Of a stretch of DNA of 63,866 nucleotides, positions 28,317-37,591 are shown in pieces. Below the pieces are notes generated by a model. It was not told the DNA's origin. It was given only the letters and a program-made list of their open reading frames with translations, and made no database searches. Source of the stretch: a virus (lineage: Duplodnaviria; Caudoviricetes); the IMG/VR virus record IMGVR_UViG_3300010368_000012, positions 1 to 63,866 of that record. One strand, 5' to 3'. Within the stretch, counting starts at the first letter, position 1. Each line of letters begins with the position of its first letter. Made by a program: the position numbers and the translations under genes.

Positions 28317-29326
28317 TGTTCAAGACCTTGAATAATATATTCAAATCGGATTCAAAAACTGGCCAAAAAACTGGCCAATCTAATGTCGATCCGGTGTTGG
28401 AAGTTTTGAATGTTGCTCAACGTGATATCGATAAGGCTGTTCGTGAACACGTTGATAAGATCAATGATGTTCTAGGCACTCTTTCAGATTATGCGAAACG
28501 CTTGCATCGCGATCCTGAAAACGAAAATTTCAAAAAACCGTGCCCGGAATTGATTCATTTTCAGAAATTGCCGATCATCGTGAATGAATCAATGAGACAG
28601 TCCATCTTGGACGAGTTGGGTAATCTGGTTCTTCCCAGTCTTGCTGATTATTGTGCGGATGAATTTGAATTACAAATTGAAATCAAGCGATGTGAAAAAC
28701 TGATTGATGTGGTGGTCGTGCTACCAACTAACTATGGTTTGTTTGATTCGCGGGAAACATTAACCTATTCAGCACATAAAAATCTTGGAACGTATAACAA
28801 GACAAAAGATTCTATTGTTAATACTCAGGGTCTAAAAGTATTACGTCAATTTTATACCGACAATCATGGTCTTATAACCCAGTTACATAAGGATGGGGTC
28901 GGGTCTGGAATAGATGTAAATTTATTGGATACCAACGGTGGTTCACAGTGGACACATCCGGTGACAAGCCCATATCCGGTGACAAGCCCATATAAAGATA
29001 TACCAGAAAAGTTTTCGCATCTGTTGGATCACATATTATATGGGAGGAATATCGATTTTGATATGCGGGTGACCCAACAAGGGCGGAGAGGGCTGATGAT
29101 GACCTTTGTAGTACAAGGGGAAGAGAATTATCCCAGCAATGTTTTCAATGTGATATTAAGATACCCAAATGATCCAATACATTGTAAAAAAGAATTTATA
29201 AAATTGGTTCAAGAGCTTAAGTTTGTTAATTCAAATAGATTGTTTATGAATGACCAATTAATGCATTATATTAACATGGTATTCAAACATAACAGTTTCG
29301 ATAGCCGTCTTGGCGTTTTTATCTAA
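28316..29326 (+). CDS. hypothetical protein
   Basis: 336-aa ORF, GTG start overlapping the previous stop. Confidence 0.7.
   Translation: MFKTLNNIFKSDSKTGQKTGQSNVDPVLEVLNVAQRDIDKAVREHVDKINDVLGTLSDYAKRLHRDPENENFKKPCPELIHFQKLPIIVNESMRQSILDELGNLVLPSLADYCADEFELQIEIKRCEKLIDVVVVLPTNYGLFDSRETLTYSAHKNLGTYNKTKDSIVNTQGLKVLRQFYTDNHGLITQLHKDGVGSGIDVNLLDTNGGSQWTHPVTSPYPVTSPYKDIPEKFSHLLDHILYGRNIDFDMRVTQQGRRGLMMTFVVQGEENYPSNVFNVILRYPNDPIHCKKEFIKLVQELKFVNSNRLFMNDQLMHYINMVFKHNSFDSRLGVFI
28956..28991 (+). repeat. 18-bp perfect tandem duplication in frame (PVTSPY x2)
   Basis: ATCCGGTGACAAGCCCAT twice. Confidence 0.85.
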
Positions 29327-29337
29327 GGGAGAAAATA

Positions 29338-29670
29338 ATGATATGTTCATACAGGTCCACTACTAACGAAAATATTCAATTGACCCTCAATGATGATGGC
29401 AAACTTGTCATTCTCAATGAACAGGACGAATTGGAAACGATTGGTCATATCACAGAAGACGATATTCTTATCCGTGGTATCACTCGGTTCATCAATACTG
29501 CAATCATCGAGGGATGTAGTATTACTTCCCAATACGAAACTAATATGAATCGTATTATCGATAATCTTGATGGAGCTGGCGTCGTTCTTGATTATAATAC
29601 TGATACCAATGAAGTCTCACACAATGGAACTGTGGTTCAGTTAGACAAATTCATAAAAACATTTCAATAG
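29338..29670 (+). CDS. hypothetical protein
   Basis: 110-aa ORF; GGGAG RBS. Confidence 0.7.
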   Translation: MICSYRSTTNENIQLTLNDDGKLVILNEQDELETIGHITEDDILIRGITRFINTAIIEGCSITSQYETNMNRIIDNLDGAGVVLDYNTDTNEVSHNGTVVQLDKFIKTFQ

Positions 29671-29684
29671 TTCTGTTTTTATAG

Positions 29685-29731
29685 TTGACAATAATAACTC
29701 TCCCGTGTAAGTTGATTTTAACACGGGAGAG
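29685..29731 (+). promoter_or_regulatory. sigma70 promoter embedded in an RBS-sequestering hairpin
   Basis: TTGACA-17-TAAGTT; CTCTCCCGTGT/ACACGGGAGAG 11-bp stem whose 3' arm holds the RBS of gene 29738. Confidence 0.65.
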
Positions 29732-29737
29732 AACACT

Positions 29738-30973
29738 ATGAAGATCGCGGCAATCACTGATACCAACGTCATCATCCACATTCCTACTTCGCGCTTTGGT
29801 GGCTTCGTTAAGAAGATCACCGCTATGGCTAAGAAGGCCAACAAGTGGGGCGTCACTCCTACTCGCTATCTCGATCTGGGTCTGTACCCTGTTGAAGTGG
29901 TTGAGCGTCATGAAAACTGTTCGGTTCCCCGGATGGTTGAATGTCACCGTGTTCAAATCTTCAATGAAATTCCACGCATCAATGGTTGGACTCTGGCCGC
30001 CAAGTTGGATGACCGTGATGGCGATGGTGTTCCTGTTCCTACCCTTATCAAAGACATGCAGTCTGATGAACTGCTGGCACTGATCGAACATGCTGATCTG
30101 AAGACGTGCGAACATTGTTCTACGCGTCGTCGTCGCAAGCTGTCCTACATTCTTCAAAACGAATCGGGCGAGTACAAGCAGGTTGGTTCTACCTGTCTGC
30201 AAGATTTCCTCGGTGAAACGAATGTTCGCGCCTTCGATCTTTGGTTCGGTGATGAACTGACCTTGGAAGATATCAATTATCTTTCCGGTGAATTATATTG
30301 TCATGATTTCACTTTCCCTCTGGAAAACATCATTGCAGAAACCATTTCCGAAATTGAACTTACGGGTCAATATGTTTCCGCTGCTGTTGCCAGTGAAAAT
30401 CAAGACCTGATGATGTATGGTGAACCGTACAATACTAATGGTCTTGTTTCGACCGGTAATGCAGTTTCGGCAAACATCTATGGTATCGGGCTTTCCAAGC
30501 GGACTTCTGCTCATCAAGAAAAAGCCAAGGTCATCCGTGCTTGGTTCATGGATTTCATGAAGACCCCTCGTTACGATGCTCATAATGAGTGGATGTTCAA
30601 ACTTGGTCAGATTTTTTCCAAGAAAGAAACATCTTCGCAAATCGGTCTTGTGGCTTCACTGGTTTCATTGTATAATCGTGAAACGAAAGTGGTCACTGAA
30701 AACAATTCAGTGTTCGTTGGTCTGATTAGTGATCGGTTAGTGTTCACGCTTACTCTTCTGCGTAAGACTGAACGCACCACCGAATGGGGCACAAGCACAA
30801 TCTTCTTTGCTGAAGATGCCAATGGTAACCACATCAATATGACGACCACAACCTGCATCGATTGGAATGTTGGTGAAACGAAATCTTATAAGGCAACTGT
30901 GAAATCTCATGAAGATCATCCGAAGTTTGGTAAGTCCACATGGGTGTTCCGCGCAAAGGAAGTACGATCATGA
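29738..30973 (+). CDS. early protein with Zn-finger-like motif and probable C-terminal OB-fold
   Basis: CEHC..RRRR...VGSTC motif; beta-rich C-terminus (YKATVKSH..GKSTWVFR). Confidence 0.7.
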   Translation: MKIAAITDTNVIIHIPTSRFGGFVKKITAMAKKANKWGVTPTRYLDLGLYPVEVVERHENCSVPRMVECHRVQIFNEIPRINGWTLAAKLDDRDGDGVPVPTLIKDMQSDELLALIEHADLKTCEHCSTRRRRKLSYILQNESGEYKQVGSTCLQDFLGETNVRAFDLWFGDELTLEDINYLSGELYCHDFTFPLENIIAETISEIELTGQYVSAAVASENQDLMMYGEPYNTNGLVSTGNAVSANIYGIGLSKRTSAHQEKAKVIRAWFMDFMKTPRYDAHNEWMFKLGQIFSKKETSSQIGLVASLVSLYNRETKVVTENNSVFVGLISDRLVFTLTLLRKTERTTEWGTSTIFFAEDANGNHINMTTTTCIDWNVGETKSYKATVKSHEDHPKFGKSTWVFRAKEVRS

Positions 30974-31167
30974 CACAATATACTGATCCAGCCACCAAGA
31001 AACTAATTCGCGATCATGCTGAAATTATCCGTATTCGTGGTGATGACCTAACCGAACCAAAGGTAACGTTGTGTACTATTGATATCAGTATGGATCGTGC
31101 CATGCATGCAGCTGAACGAATTGTATATGAGATGAAGCGAGGAAACATCGATGGCCTCCGTTCATAA
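30970..31167 (+). CDS. hypothetical protein
   Basis: ATGA overlap; MTQYTDP start. Confidence 0.65.
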   Translation: MTQYTDPATKKLIRDHAEIIRIRGDDLTEPKVTLCTIDISMDRAMHAAERIVYEMKRGNIDGLRS

Positions 31168-31696
31168 AACTGTTTATGATGCTATGGCGCGTTATCCATC
31201 ATTGTATCCATCACTGTCTGCTTACTATCGATGGATATTTTTTGATGGTAGTAGTGGAATGGAATGGGTTGACGGTGAACTGGTCTGGACCGGCTATGAT
31301 TACGGGGAAGAAGTAATTCCATTTGCTGGTTATCGCGTTCCTCCACAAAACATACATGAGCTTCGGATTAATAACACACTGGACGCGGTAGGCGACCATT
31401 TTGAATTCGTAATAACGGATTCTATCTCGTTCCATCATTTCGATCTTCGTCTTTCACTTGAAACCAATCCGGGTTTCAATGTGCCCGATGATATCACGGA
31501 TGATTGGAAATCTGCTGTCAACAGAGCATTGAATGCTATCCATCCATATTTCTATCAACAATTACGTCCAGCATATACAGAAGAAGAAAAAGCAGCTTTC
31601 ATTGCACGTGCAAATGAACTGCAACACAAAATGTATCCGCATCTGGCAGATAACATCGCGGCACTGATGAAAATGGGTAAAGCAGCAAAATCATGA
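31151..31696 (+). CDS. hypothetical protein
   Basis: 181-aa ORF; GAGG RBS. Confidence 0.75.
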   Translation: MASVHKTVYDAMARYPSLYPSLSAYYRWIFFDGSSGMEWVDGELVWTGYDYGEEVIPFAGYRVPPQNIHELRINNTLDAVGDHFEFVITDSISFHHFDLRLSLETNPGFNVPDDITDDWKSAVNRALNAIHPYFYQQLRPAYTEEEKAAFIARANELQHKMYPHLADNIAALMKMGKAAKS

Positions 31697-32514
31697 TTGA
31701 AGAAATGATCAATGCGGTGATGTTTAAGATTGGGAGCAAATACCCAACCGTGGCGATATGGGGTGATCCCATTGATCCAGTCATTGCATTGGAAATCATT
31801 CGAAGAACCGATAGAACATCTTATGGAATGATTACAACACCCGATGTCGATTTCACTTCTGATCTTCTTTTGCTCATGCATGGAGATGATTGCAAACGGC
31901 GAAAAGTGCACGGAAGAGTGCATTCAAACGCACTACAGGCAGCTGAAATCGCAGCAGGTGAGACTTTTAGAAATCTTGAAGGGCTAGATTATTTCCTTCA
32001 AGACGTAATTGCCAAACAGGATGACCTTGATACAAGCCGGTGGATCAAACCAGACGGTTCCATATTTTTGATAACATCATTTGGTAAATGGGCCGACTGT
32101 GATGAGATTGAAGATGAGTTAACTATATTGGTTGAAGCTTTCCCCGAACTCAAAATGAATGTTTGCTTTTGGGATAGCCATATACTTAAATTGGCTGATA
32201 ATAAATTCAACGAGGAACCAATTGGTGGATGGATCGTTGATCATGGTGAATGGCATCGTCAAAACTATAAATTAAGTGATATTCCACCTGAACAATTACT
32301 AAAAACCACTCGGGACTCTATCTATGGTGCAAATCCATATCATCCTCAAGCCCATCCCACACCCATGTGGTCCATAGCAGAACTTGATGCGATGTGGGGC
32401 TGTCATTATGCGCGAAGCCGTGCTAAATACACAGAGACATACAACGATTATATCAAAAAATATGTTGAACGGATTAAACCATGCAACTTGAACCCGAAGT
32501 ACAAGAATCAATAG
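31693..32514 (+). CDS. hypothetical protein
   Basis: 273-aa ORF; ATGA overlap. Confidence 0.75.
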   Translation: MIEEMINAVMFKIGSKYPTVAIWGDPIDPVIALEIIRRTDRTSYGMITTPDVDFTSDLLLLMHGDDCKRRKVHGRVHSNALQAAEIAAGETFRNLEGLDYFLQDVIAKQDDLDTSRWIKPDGSIFLITSFGKWADCDEIEDELTILVEAFPELKMNVCFWDSHILKLADNKFNEEPIGGWIVDHGEWHRQNYKLSDIPPEQLLKTTRDSIYGANPYHPQAHPTPMWSIAELDAMWGCHYARSRAKYTETYNDYIKKYVERIKPCNLNPKYKNQ

Positions 32515-33113
32515 ATGCACTCGTAGAAGGGTTCGTTGGTTTGCCTTCACCCGAATTGAATGAATTGGTGGTTACCAGTTATTCTGAAAAGAACCGCCAC
32601 TATCACACTGTTCATCATTTGGACTGGTTATATAAAGTCGCCATCAAATGGAAGAAGGCTCTATTCACGGATGAAGAATGGAAAATCCTTTGTGGTGCTA
32701 TTCTGTTTCATGATATCATATACAACGCGAAACGCGAAGATAATGAAAAGCAATCAGCTACCATCGCTCGCACATGGATCAATAATAATCTGACCGGTTA
32801 TGGAATCATTCTTCGTAATGTGGAACGATTGATACTTGATATGGACGAACCGGGGGTAAGCTTTCTAAACGATTTCTTCCAAGATATCGATATGAGTATT
32901 CTCGGTGGTGCTGGAAGCCTTTACCCAGAATACCAAGAAGCAGTAAGAAAAGAATACTCAACCGCCTTCACACCAGAACAATACAACATGGGGCGTAAAT
33001 CATTTCTTGTTAAACTACTTCGGCGTAAAAGTATTTTCCGAACCAATATATTCTTTCTGGAATTGGAACAAAACGCCATCCGTAATATTGCCGCTGAGAT
33101 TGCGAGTCTATAA
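32481..33113 (+). CDS. HD-superfamily metal-dependent phosphohydrolase
   Basis: RHYHTVHHL, LFHDIIY, DNEKQSA, DIDMSILG, VRKEY motifs. Confidence 0.85.
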   Translation: MQLEPEVQESIDALVEGFVGLPSPELNELVVTSYSEKNRHYHTVHHLDWLYKVAIKWKKALFTDEEWKILCGAILFHDIIYNAKREDNEKQSATIARTWINNNLTGYGIILRNVERLILDMDEPGVSFLNDFFQDIDMSILGGAGSLYPEYQEAVRKEYSTAFTPEQYNMGRKSFLVKLLRRKSIFRTNIFFLELEQNAIRNIAAEIASL

Positions 33114-33115
33114 AT

Positions 33116-33499
33116 ATGAGTATGTCAAACGAAATTGAACAAGAAGAACCGGCACTTGAAGAAGATTATTTCTATTTCATTACACCAACCGGCACGGCAA
33201 CTGATGTAGATATCAGAAGACGTGCACGCCGCATGTTTAATACCTTTTATAACATTGATCAAATCGTAGAACATGTTCTCAAAGTCATGCCACCACATAT
33301 CAAACAGGTTTTGGTGCAAGTCGATTTTGATCAACTCCATCCAATGGTGATCTTCCTATTGATGTCTATGAGTTCTGCTTATGGTATCAATGAAGAGAAA
33401 TATCCATATCTCGTGAATGATTCCATCGAAGATACATTCGGATTGATCATGAAACGAATGAAAGATTCTATCATCCCTGATCCCAAGAAATATGTTTAA
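33116..33499 (+). CDS. hypothetical protein
   Basis: 127-aa ORF. Confidence 0.7.
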   Translation: MSMSNEIEQEEPALEEDYFYFITPTGTATDVDIRRRARRMFNTFYNIDQIVEHVLKVMPPHIKQVLVQVDFDQLHPMVIFLLMSMSSAYGINEEKYPYLVNDSIEDTFGLIMKRMKDSIIPDPKKYV

Positions 33500-33505
33500 T
33501 CACGG

Positions 33506-33534
33506 TTGACAATATATTGAAAACATGGTATGAT
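33506..33534 (+). promoter_or_regulatory. sigma70-type early promoter
   Basis: TTGACA-17-TATGAT with TGg extension. Confidence 0.75.
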
Positions 33535-33555
33535 CCCCGTGAGGAGAATTATGCT

Positions 33556-34332
33556 ATGCCCGTAATGTATCAAAATTGGATTGAACGATCTGACCTACAG
33601 CGTAATGCTAGATCAGATCGATATTATCTATTTGGTGATAATTTGCGGCGTGTCGGGATGGGTGGACAAGCCAAGTCCATGCGTGGTGAACCCAATGCTA
33701 TTGGTATTGCGACCAAGAATGGTCCTAGTATGCATATTAATGATATGTGGGTTGAACGCACACCGGCTGACGCCAAACGTTTCATATCTCTTCTTGAAGC
33801 TGATCTTGAACAGGCCGAAGATTTACTTGAAGCCCATAAAGAGATTGTTATTCCGACCGATGGTCTTGGAACCGGTTTCAGTAAACTTCCAGAGAATGCA
33901 CCTATCACCAATGAATGGTTGACCAATCTATTGTTTACCGACTGGCCTAAATCATATGGTACTCATGTATCCTCAAATTATCAGGATCATCTGCCATCAC
34001 CGTTTGGCGCTAATCGAATATTGATTGTCACATCACCGGTCTTTCGACCCCATACTTCATGGAAATCATCTACAATCTGTGGCACCGTTATTGCAGTTCA
34101 GGGTCGTGCTGTTATTGAATATAGTAATAGAGAATTACTGACTGGTGATTTGGATGAGTGGACGCATGATCCTTTCCCTACAAGTGTTGGTTTCTGGGTA
34201 GGTGAAGCCTATAATCACCCGTACAAATGTGATACAGGTGGTGTTCAAATTAAGAACTGGCGTCCAGCCACTATTTCTGATTTCCAAAACATGGATGTCG
34301 CTGTACCGGATGTGTATATAAAACAGCCATGA
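33556..34332 (+). CDS. conserved phage protein (FGDN...GGQA family), function unknown
   Basis: YLFGDNLRRVGMGGQAKSMRGEPNAIGIATK motif; GAGGAG RBS supports start at 33556. Confidence 0.7.
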   Translation: MPVMYQNWIERSDLQRNARSDRYYLFGDNLRRVGMGGQAKSMRGEPNAIGIATKNGPSMHINDMWVERTPADAKRFISLLEADLEQAEDLLEAHKEIVIPTDGLGTGFSKLPENAPITNEWLTNLLFTDWPKSYGTHVSSNYQDHLPSPFGANRILIVTSPVFRPHTSWKSSTICGTVIAVQGRAVIEYSNRELLTGDLDEWTHDPFPTSVGFWVGEAYNHPYKCDTGGVQIKNWRPATISDFQNMDVAVPDVYIKQP

Positions 34333-34496
34333 GAGAATTATCACCACATCAAGCCCTTCGGTTAGCCGAACGTCGAGCAGCGAAACTTCTTGACTTGATC
34401 AAGGAGATACAGCAACTTGGTGAAGACAAATATGACGCACCGGAATGGTCTGATGTTACGGATGTCATCGAACGTGGAATGCGGAGAATAAAATAA
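34329..34496 (+). CDS. small hypothetical protein (not in ORF track)
   Basis: MRELSPHQALRLAERR...MRRIK*, 55 aa; ATGA and TAATG overlaps with both neighbours. Confidence 0.7.
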   Translation: MRELSPHQALRLAERRAAKLLDLIKEIQQLGEDKYDAPEWSDVTDVIERGMRRIK

Positions 34497-35110
34497 TGGG
34501 ATCACGTATCTGTAAAATGATTGGCTACGGAATGCCCGTAGGTCTATTCAATTTTCACTTCCAGCCCGACCATCGCGAAACCGGTGATCGCCAAGATACC
34601 CTTGATGACATATTGATTGCTTATGATAAACAAGCCGGTGATCCTCTACGTCAAGATATTTTAGACGAGCTTCAGGCTACCGGCCATAGCCATCCCAATA
34701 TTCGACCACGAAATCACCCCGAAACGCCCGGTAAAATGGCTGACTTGTATCAGTTTATTGGTGGTGAAAATAAAACGCACGTCTTGTTTATTCCGATGCT
34801 TGGATGTCATTGGGGCCGATATGATGATGATATAGATTATGTTGAAGAAACCTTCACTGATCCTGATCGCGAGACTGTTGTTATTGAAAGAGAGTATGGT
34901 TTTTATCCATGGGGGAATTCCATACGTGATGCAGTAACCAATGTTCCCGTCCAATGGGATCATACTCATCGGTCTATTGATGGCAAACGACCATCCACTA
35001 TTGTACCAGATGTACCGGACGTATTGCGATACTGGTTGATGGCGACAGGCGTTATGAATAAAAATGGCATTGATGCTCTTCGTCCAATGTATGCAAAGTG
35101 GTGGTCGTAA
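34496..35110 (+). CDS. hypothetical protein
   Basis: 204-aa ORF; coupled on both sides. Confidence 0.75.
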   Translation: MGSRICKMIGYGMPVGLFNFHFQPDHRETGDRQDTLDDILIAYDKQAGDPLRQDILDELQATGHSHPNIRPRNHPETPGKMADLYQFIGGENKTHVLFIPMLGCHWGRYDDDIDYVEETFTDPDRETVVIEREYGFYPWGNSIRDAVTNVPVQWDHTHRSIDGKRPSTIVPDVPDVLRYWLMATGVMNKNGIDALRPMYAKWWS

Positions 35111-36132
35111 TGTTGAATTGTGCAAAACGTGCTTATGATTTCAATAATGTATTGTTGCAACCTTCAGCAACAAGTAAAATCAATTCGCGTAAAGAAGTTG
35201 ATCTTGGTGTGCCTAGCCTAAGCGGCGGTGTTCCTATCATCGCGGCCAATATGAAAAATATTGGTAACTTCCAAATGGCCGCACAATTACAAAAACACAA
35301 AGTGTATACTGCTATTCAAAAATCATTCACACTCGGTGAATGGGATGAGGCCGAAGAAAAATATAACATCGATTACAACTTCATCATTCCAACTGTTGGT
35401 GCTGATGCCGAAAGTATTAATCGATTTCTGAATATCTATTCGGCATATGCTGATGTATTACGATGGGTATGCTTTGATGTTGCTAATGGTCATACAGAAG
35501 AAAACATTCTGATTGCCAAGAAACTCAAAGATCAGTTGCCCGACCATGTTCAATTCATCTACGGAAACGTTGCCAATCCGTTTGTGATGAATTTCATGGA
35601 CGATTATGATTTCCATCCACACTTTATCAAGATCGGTATCGGCTCTGGTTCAGTTTGCACAACTCGATTGAAGACAGGTGTAGGTGTTCCACAAGCAACG
35701 CTTATTGATAATTTTGAATCCATCCAAAGAAAATCATCATGGCATCCGGGCATCATTTCTGATGGTGGTTGTAGAACGCCTGCTGATTTAGTAAAATCGT
35801 TTGTTCTCGGTGCCGACATGGTAATGATTGGTGGCATGCTGGCCTTCCATGAAGAGGGCCGTGAGACTGGTGGTGGTTCGGATGGTGACAGAATGTTCCA
35901 TTACGGAAACTCATCCGAAAAAGCTAATGGGTATGATCCTACGAAATCATACCGGGCAGTTGAAGGTAAGGTCGTATCCCATTCTGCCAAACCAAGCGTC
36001 AATGCTACAATGACCGATATACTGGGTGGCATTCGTTCGGCTTGTACATATCTCAATTGTCCAACCATTTCTGATCTGGGTAATCGTAGAAGTCAGATCA
36101 TGATCGTTGATAAAGTGGCGGATAACTACTGA
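35110..36132 (+). CDS. guaC: GMP reductase (IMPDH/GMPR family)
   Basis: IIAANM, DVANGH, KIGIGSGSVCTTR, ISDGGC, YRAVEGK, GGIRSACTY; no CBS domains. Confidence 0.85.
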   Translation: MLNCAKRAYDFNNVLLQPSATSKINSRKEVDLGVPSLSGGVPIIAANMKNIGNFQMAAQLQKHKVYTAIQKSFTLGEWDEAEEKYNIDYNFIIPTVGADAESINRFLNIYSAYADVLRWVCFDVANGHTEENILIAKKLKDQLPDHVQFIYGNVANPFVMNFMDDYDFHPHFIKIGIGSGSVCTTRLKTGVGVPQATLIDNFESIQRKSSWHPGIISDGGCRTPADLVKSFVLGADMVMIGGMLAFHEEGRETGGGSDGDRMFHYGNSSEKANGYDPTKSYRAVEGKVVSHSAKPSVNATMTDILGGIRSACTYLNCPTISDLGNRRSQIMIVDKVADNY

Positions 36133-36446
36133 TGTCCTTTCTTGATGATTATTACGAAGAATGTATCTCGAATGCTTTAGAAGATGAAGGCATTAAAGCT
36201 ACTCGCCAACAGATTGAAAATGTTGCTGGTGCCGTTGCTGGTGCTCGTGAAAACGAGGGCATGGTTACCGGACACGACTGCATTCCAAATCCTCTTGAAT
36301 CTACAATACGCGAGAACGAACAAGCATATCAATCCGAAATAAAAATGATTGAGACGCTACAAGATAAGCGTCTAAAGGAACTCCAATGGGAAATCCGGCG
36401 TTTGAACGGCATTATATACAACCTGCAACAACAGACCGGCAATTGA
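36132..36446 (+). CDS. hypothetical protein with C-terminal coiled coil
   Basis: 104-aa ORF; TGATG coupling. Confidence 0.7.
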   Translation: MSFLDDYYEECISNALEDEGIKATRQQIENVAGAVAGARENEGMVTGHDCIPNPLESTIRENEQAYQSEIKMIETLQDKRLKELQWEIRRLNGIIYNLQQQTGN

Positions 36447-36463
36447 ATATAAGAGGATATCTT

Positions 36464-36751
36464 ATGGTTAACACTGATAATATAATGACGGTGGCAGAAC
36501 TTATTGCCCAACTACAAGAATGTGATCCTGATGCTTATGTTATCACGGCCAGTGATAGTGAAGGCAACGTGTTCTCTCCTGTCTCGACCACGTTTGGTGA
36601 TGGTGTATATGTAGCCGAATCATCTATCCGTGGTGAAGTATGGGCCGGAAGAAAACTAACCCAAGACTTGAAGGATGCAGGCTTTGACGAAGAAGATTGC
36701 TATGACGAACCCGATGGACTCGACTGCATTGTCCTCTACCCAACCAATTAA
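36464..36751 (+). CDS. hypothetical protein
   Basis: GAGG RBS before MVNTDN; MTVAELIAQLQ..D.DA.V..SDSEGN motif common in small phage proteins. Confidence 0.7.
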   Translation: MVNTDNIMTVAELIAQLQECDPDAYVITASDSEGNVFSPVSTTFGDGVYVAESSIRGEVWAGRKLTQDLKDAGFDEEDCYDEPDGLDCIVLYPTN

Positions 36752-37364
36752 ACTGAACCTGAACGATGTGGGTATTCCATGCCCGTATTGCGAAAGCGAA
36801 ACCTTCGCTGGGTTTGTTAAAGGTAAACAGATATCACCATATTCATGTCTACAGTGTGATGCCGTTGAAATTGGTATGACGGATGAAGACCGGGGTATGT
36901 CTAAACGTGAACTCGAAACGGGTTGGTGGGAACCGGGTCGTGAATTACCCGAAACATCTGATGATGAAAAACACATCAATCATTATTTCAAAGAGAACAG
37001 CGAAACAGTGACAAGTTATCTGTTTTCTGAGAAGATGCAAAACAGTACTTTTATAATGAAACCCGGCACGATTTATAGAGATAAGTTAAGCTATTACAAT
37101 AATCATAAACACCAATATAGTAATCAGACACAAACCAGCAATACGGGTGCTGCTTCCGACTTAGACGAAGCAATGTACGAAGCTCGTCAAAAGCTTCCGT
37201 ATAATGAATTATACATATTAACTAATCTGGTTAAGCGCCTCATTACACTGTCCGCGAGCAATTATCATAGATCAGATAGTCCCTATTCTGGTGCCTTCTT
37301 GGCTAGAACGCGCATCATAACACAGGAAGTTGCTAAAGAATTTACACAATCACGCAATTATTAG
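36702..37364 (+). CDS. hypothetical protein with Zn-ribbon (CPYC...CLQC)
   Basis: Open frame; start uncertain. Confidence 0.6.
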   Translation: MTNPMDSTALSSTQPIKLNLNDVGIPCPYCESETFAGFVKGKQISPYSCLQCDAVEIGMTDEDRGMSKRELETGWWEPGRELPETSDDEKHINHYFKENSETVTSYLFSEKMQNSTFIMKPGTIYRDKLSYYNNHKHQYSNQTQTSNTGAASDLDEAMYEARQKLPYNELYILTNLVKRLITLSASNYHRSDSPYSGAFLARTRIITQEVAKEFTQSRNY

Positions 37365-37408
37365 TCTTCTTGTCTAAATAGATGCTGATTTAAACCAATG
37401 GGATAACT

Positions 37409-37591
37409 ATGATCGAATCTGAGTTACGTGAATTTGTTATAGACGAACTACAAACGTTCGTTGATGAAAAACTAAGTGATATCGATTATTGGGTAGAAAG
37501 ATTTGAAGAAGGTGATCTAACACGTGATGATTTTGAAATCATGCGTGATGAGATTTTTCCTTACTCTCAAATACTCCTAGTCACCGAGTAA
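37409..37591 (+). CDS. small acidic hypothetical protein
   Basis: 60-aa ORF; CTAAATA at 37374-37380. Confidence 0.6.
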   Translation: MIESELREFVIDELQTFVDEKLSDIDYWVERFEEGDLTRDDFEIMRDEIFPYSQILLVTE

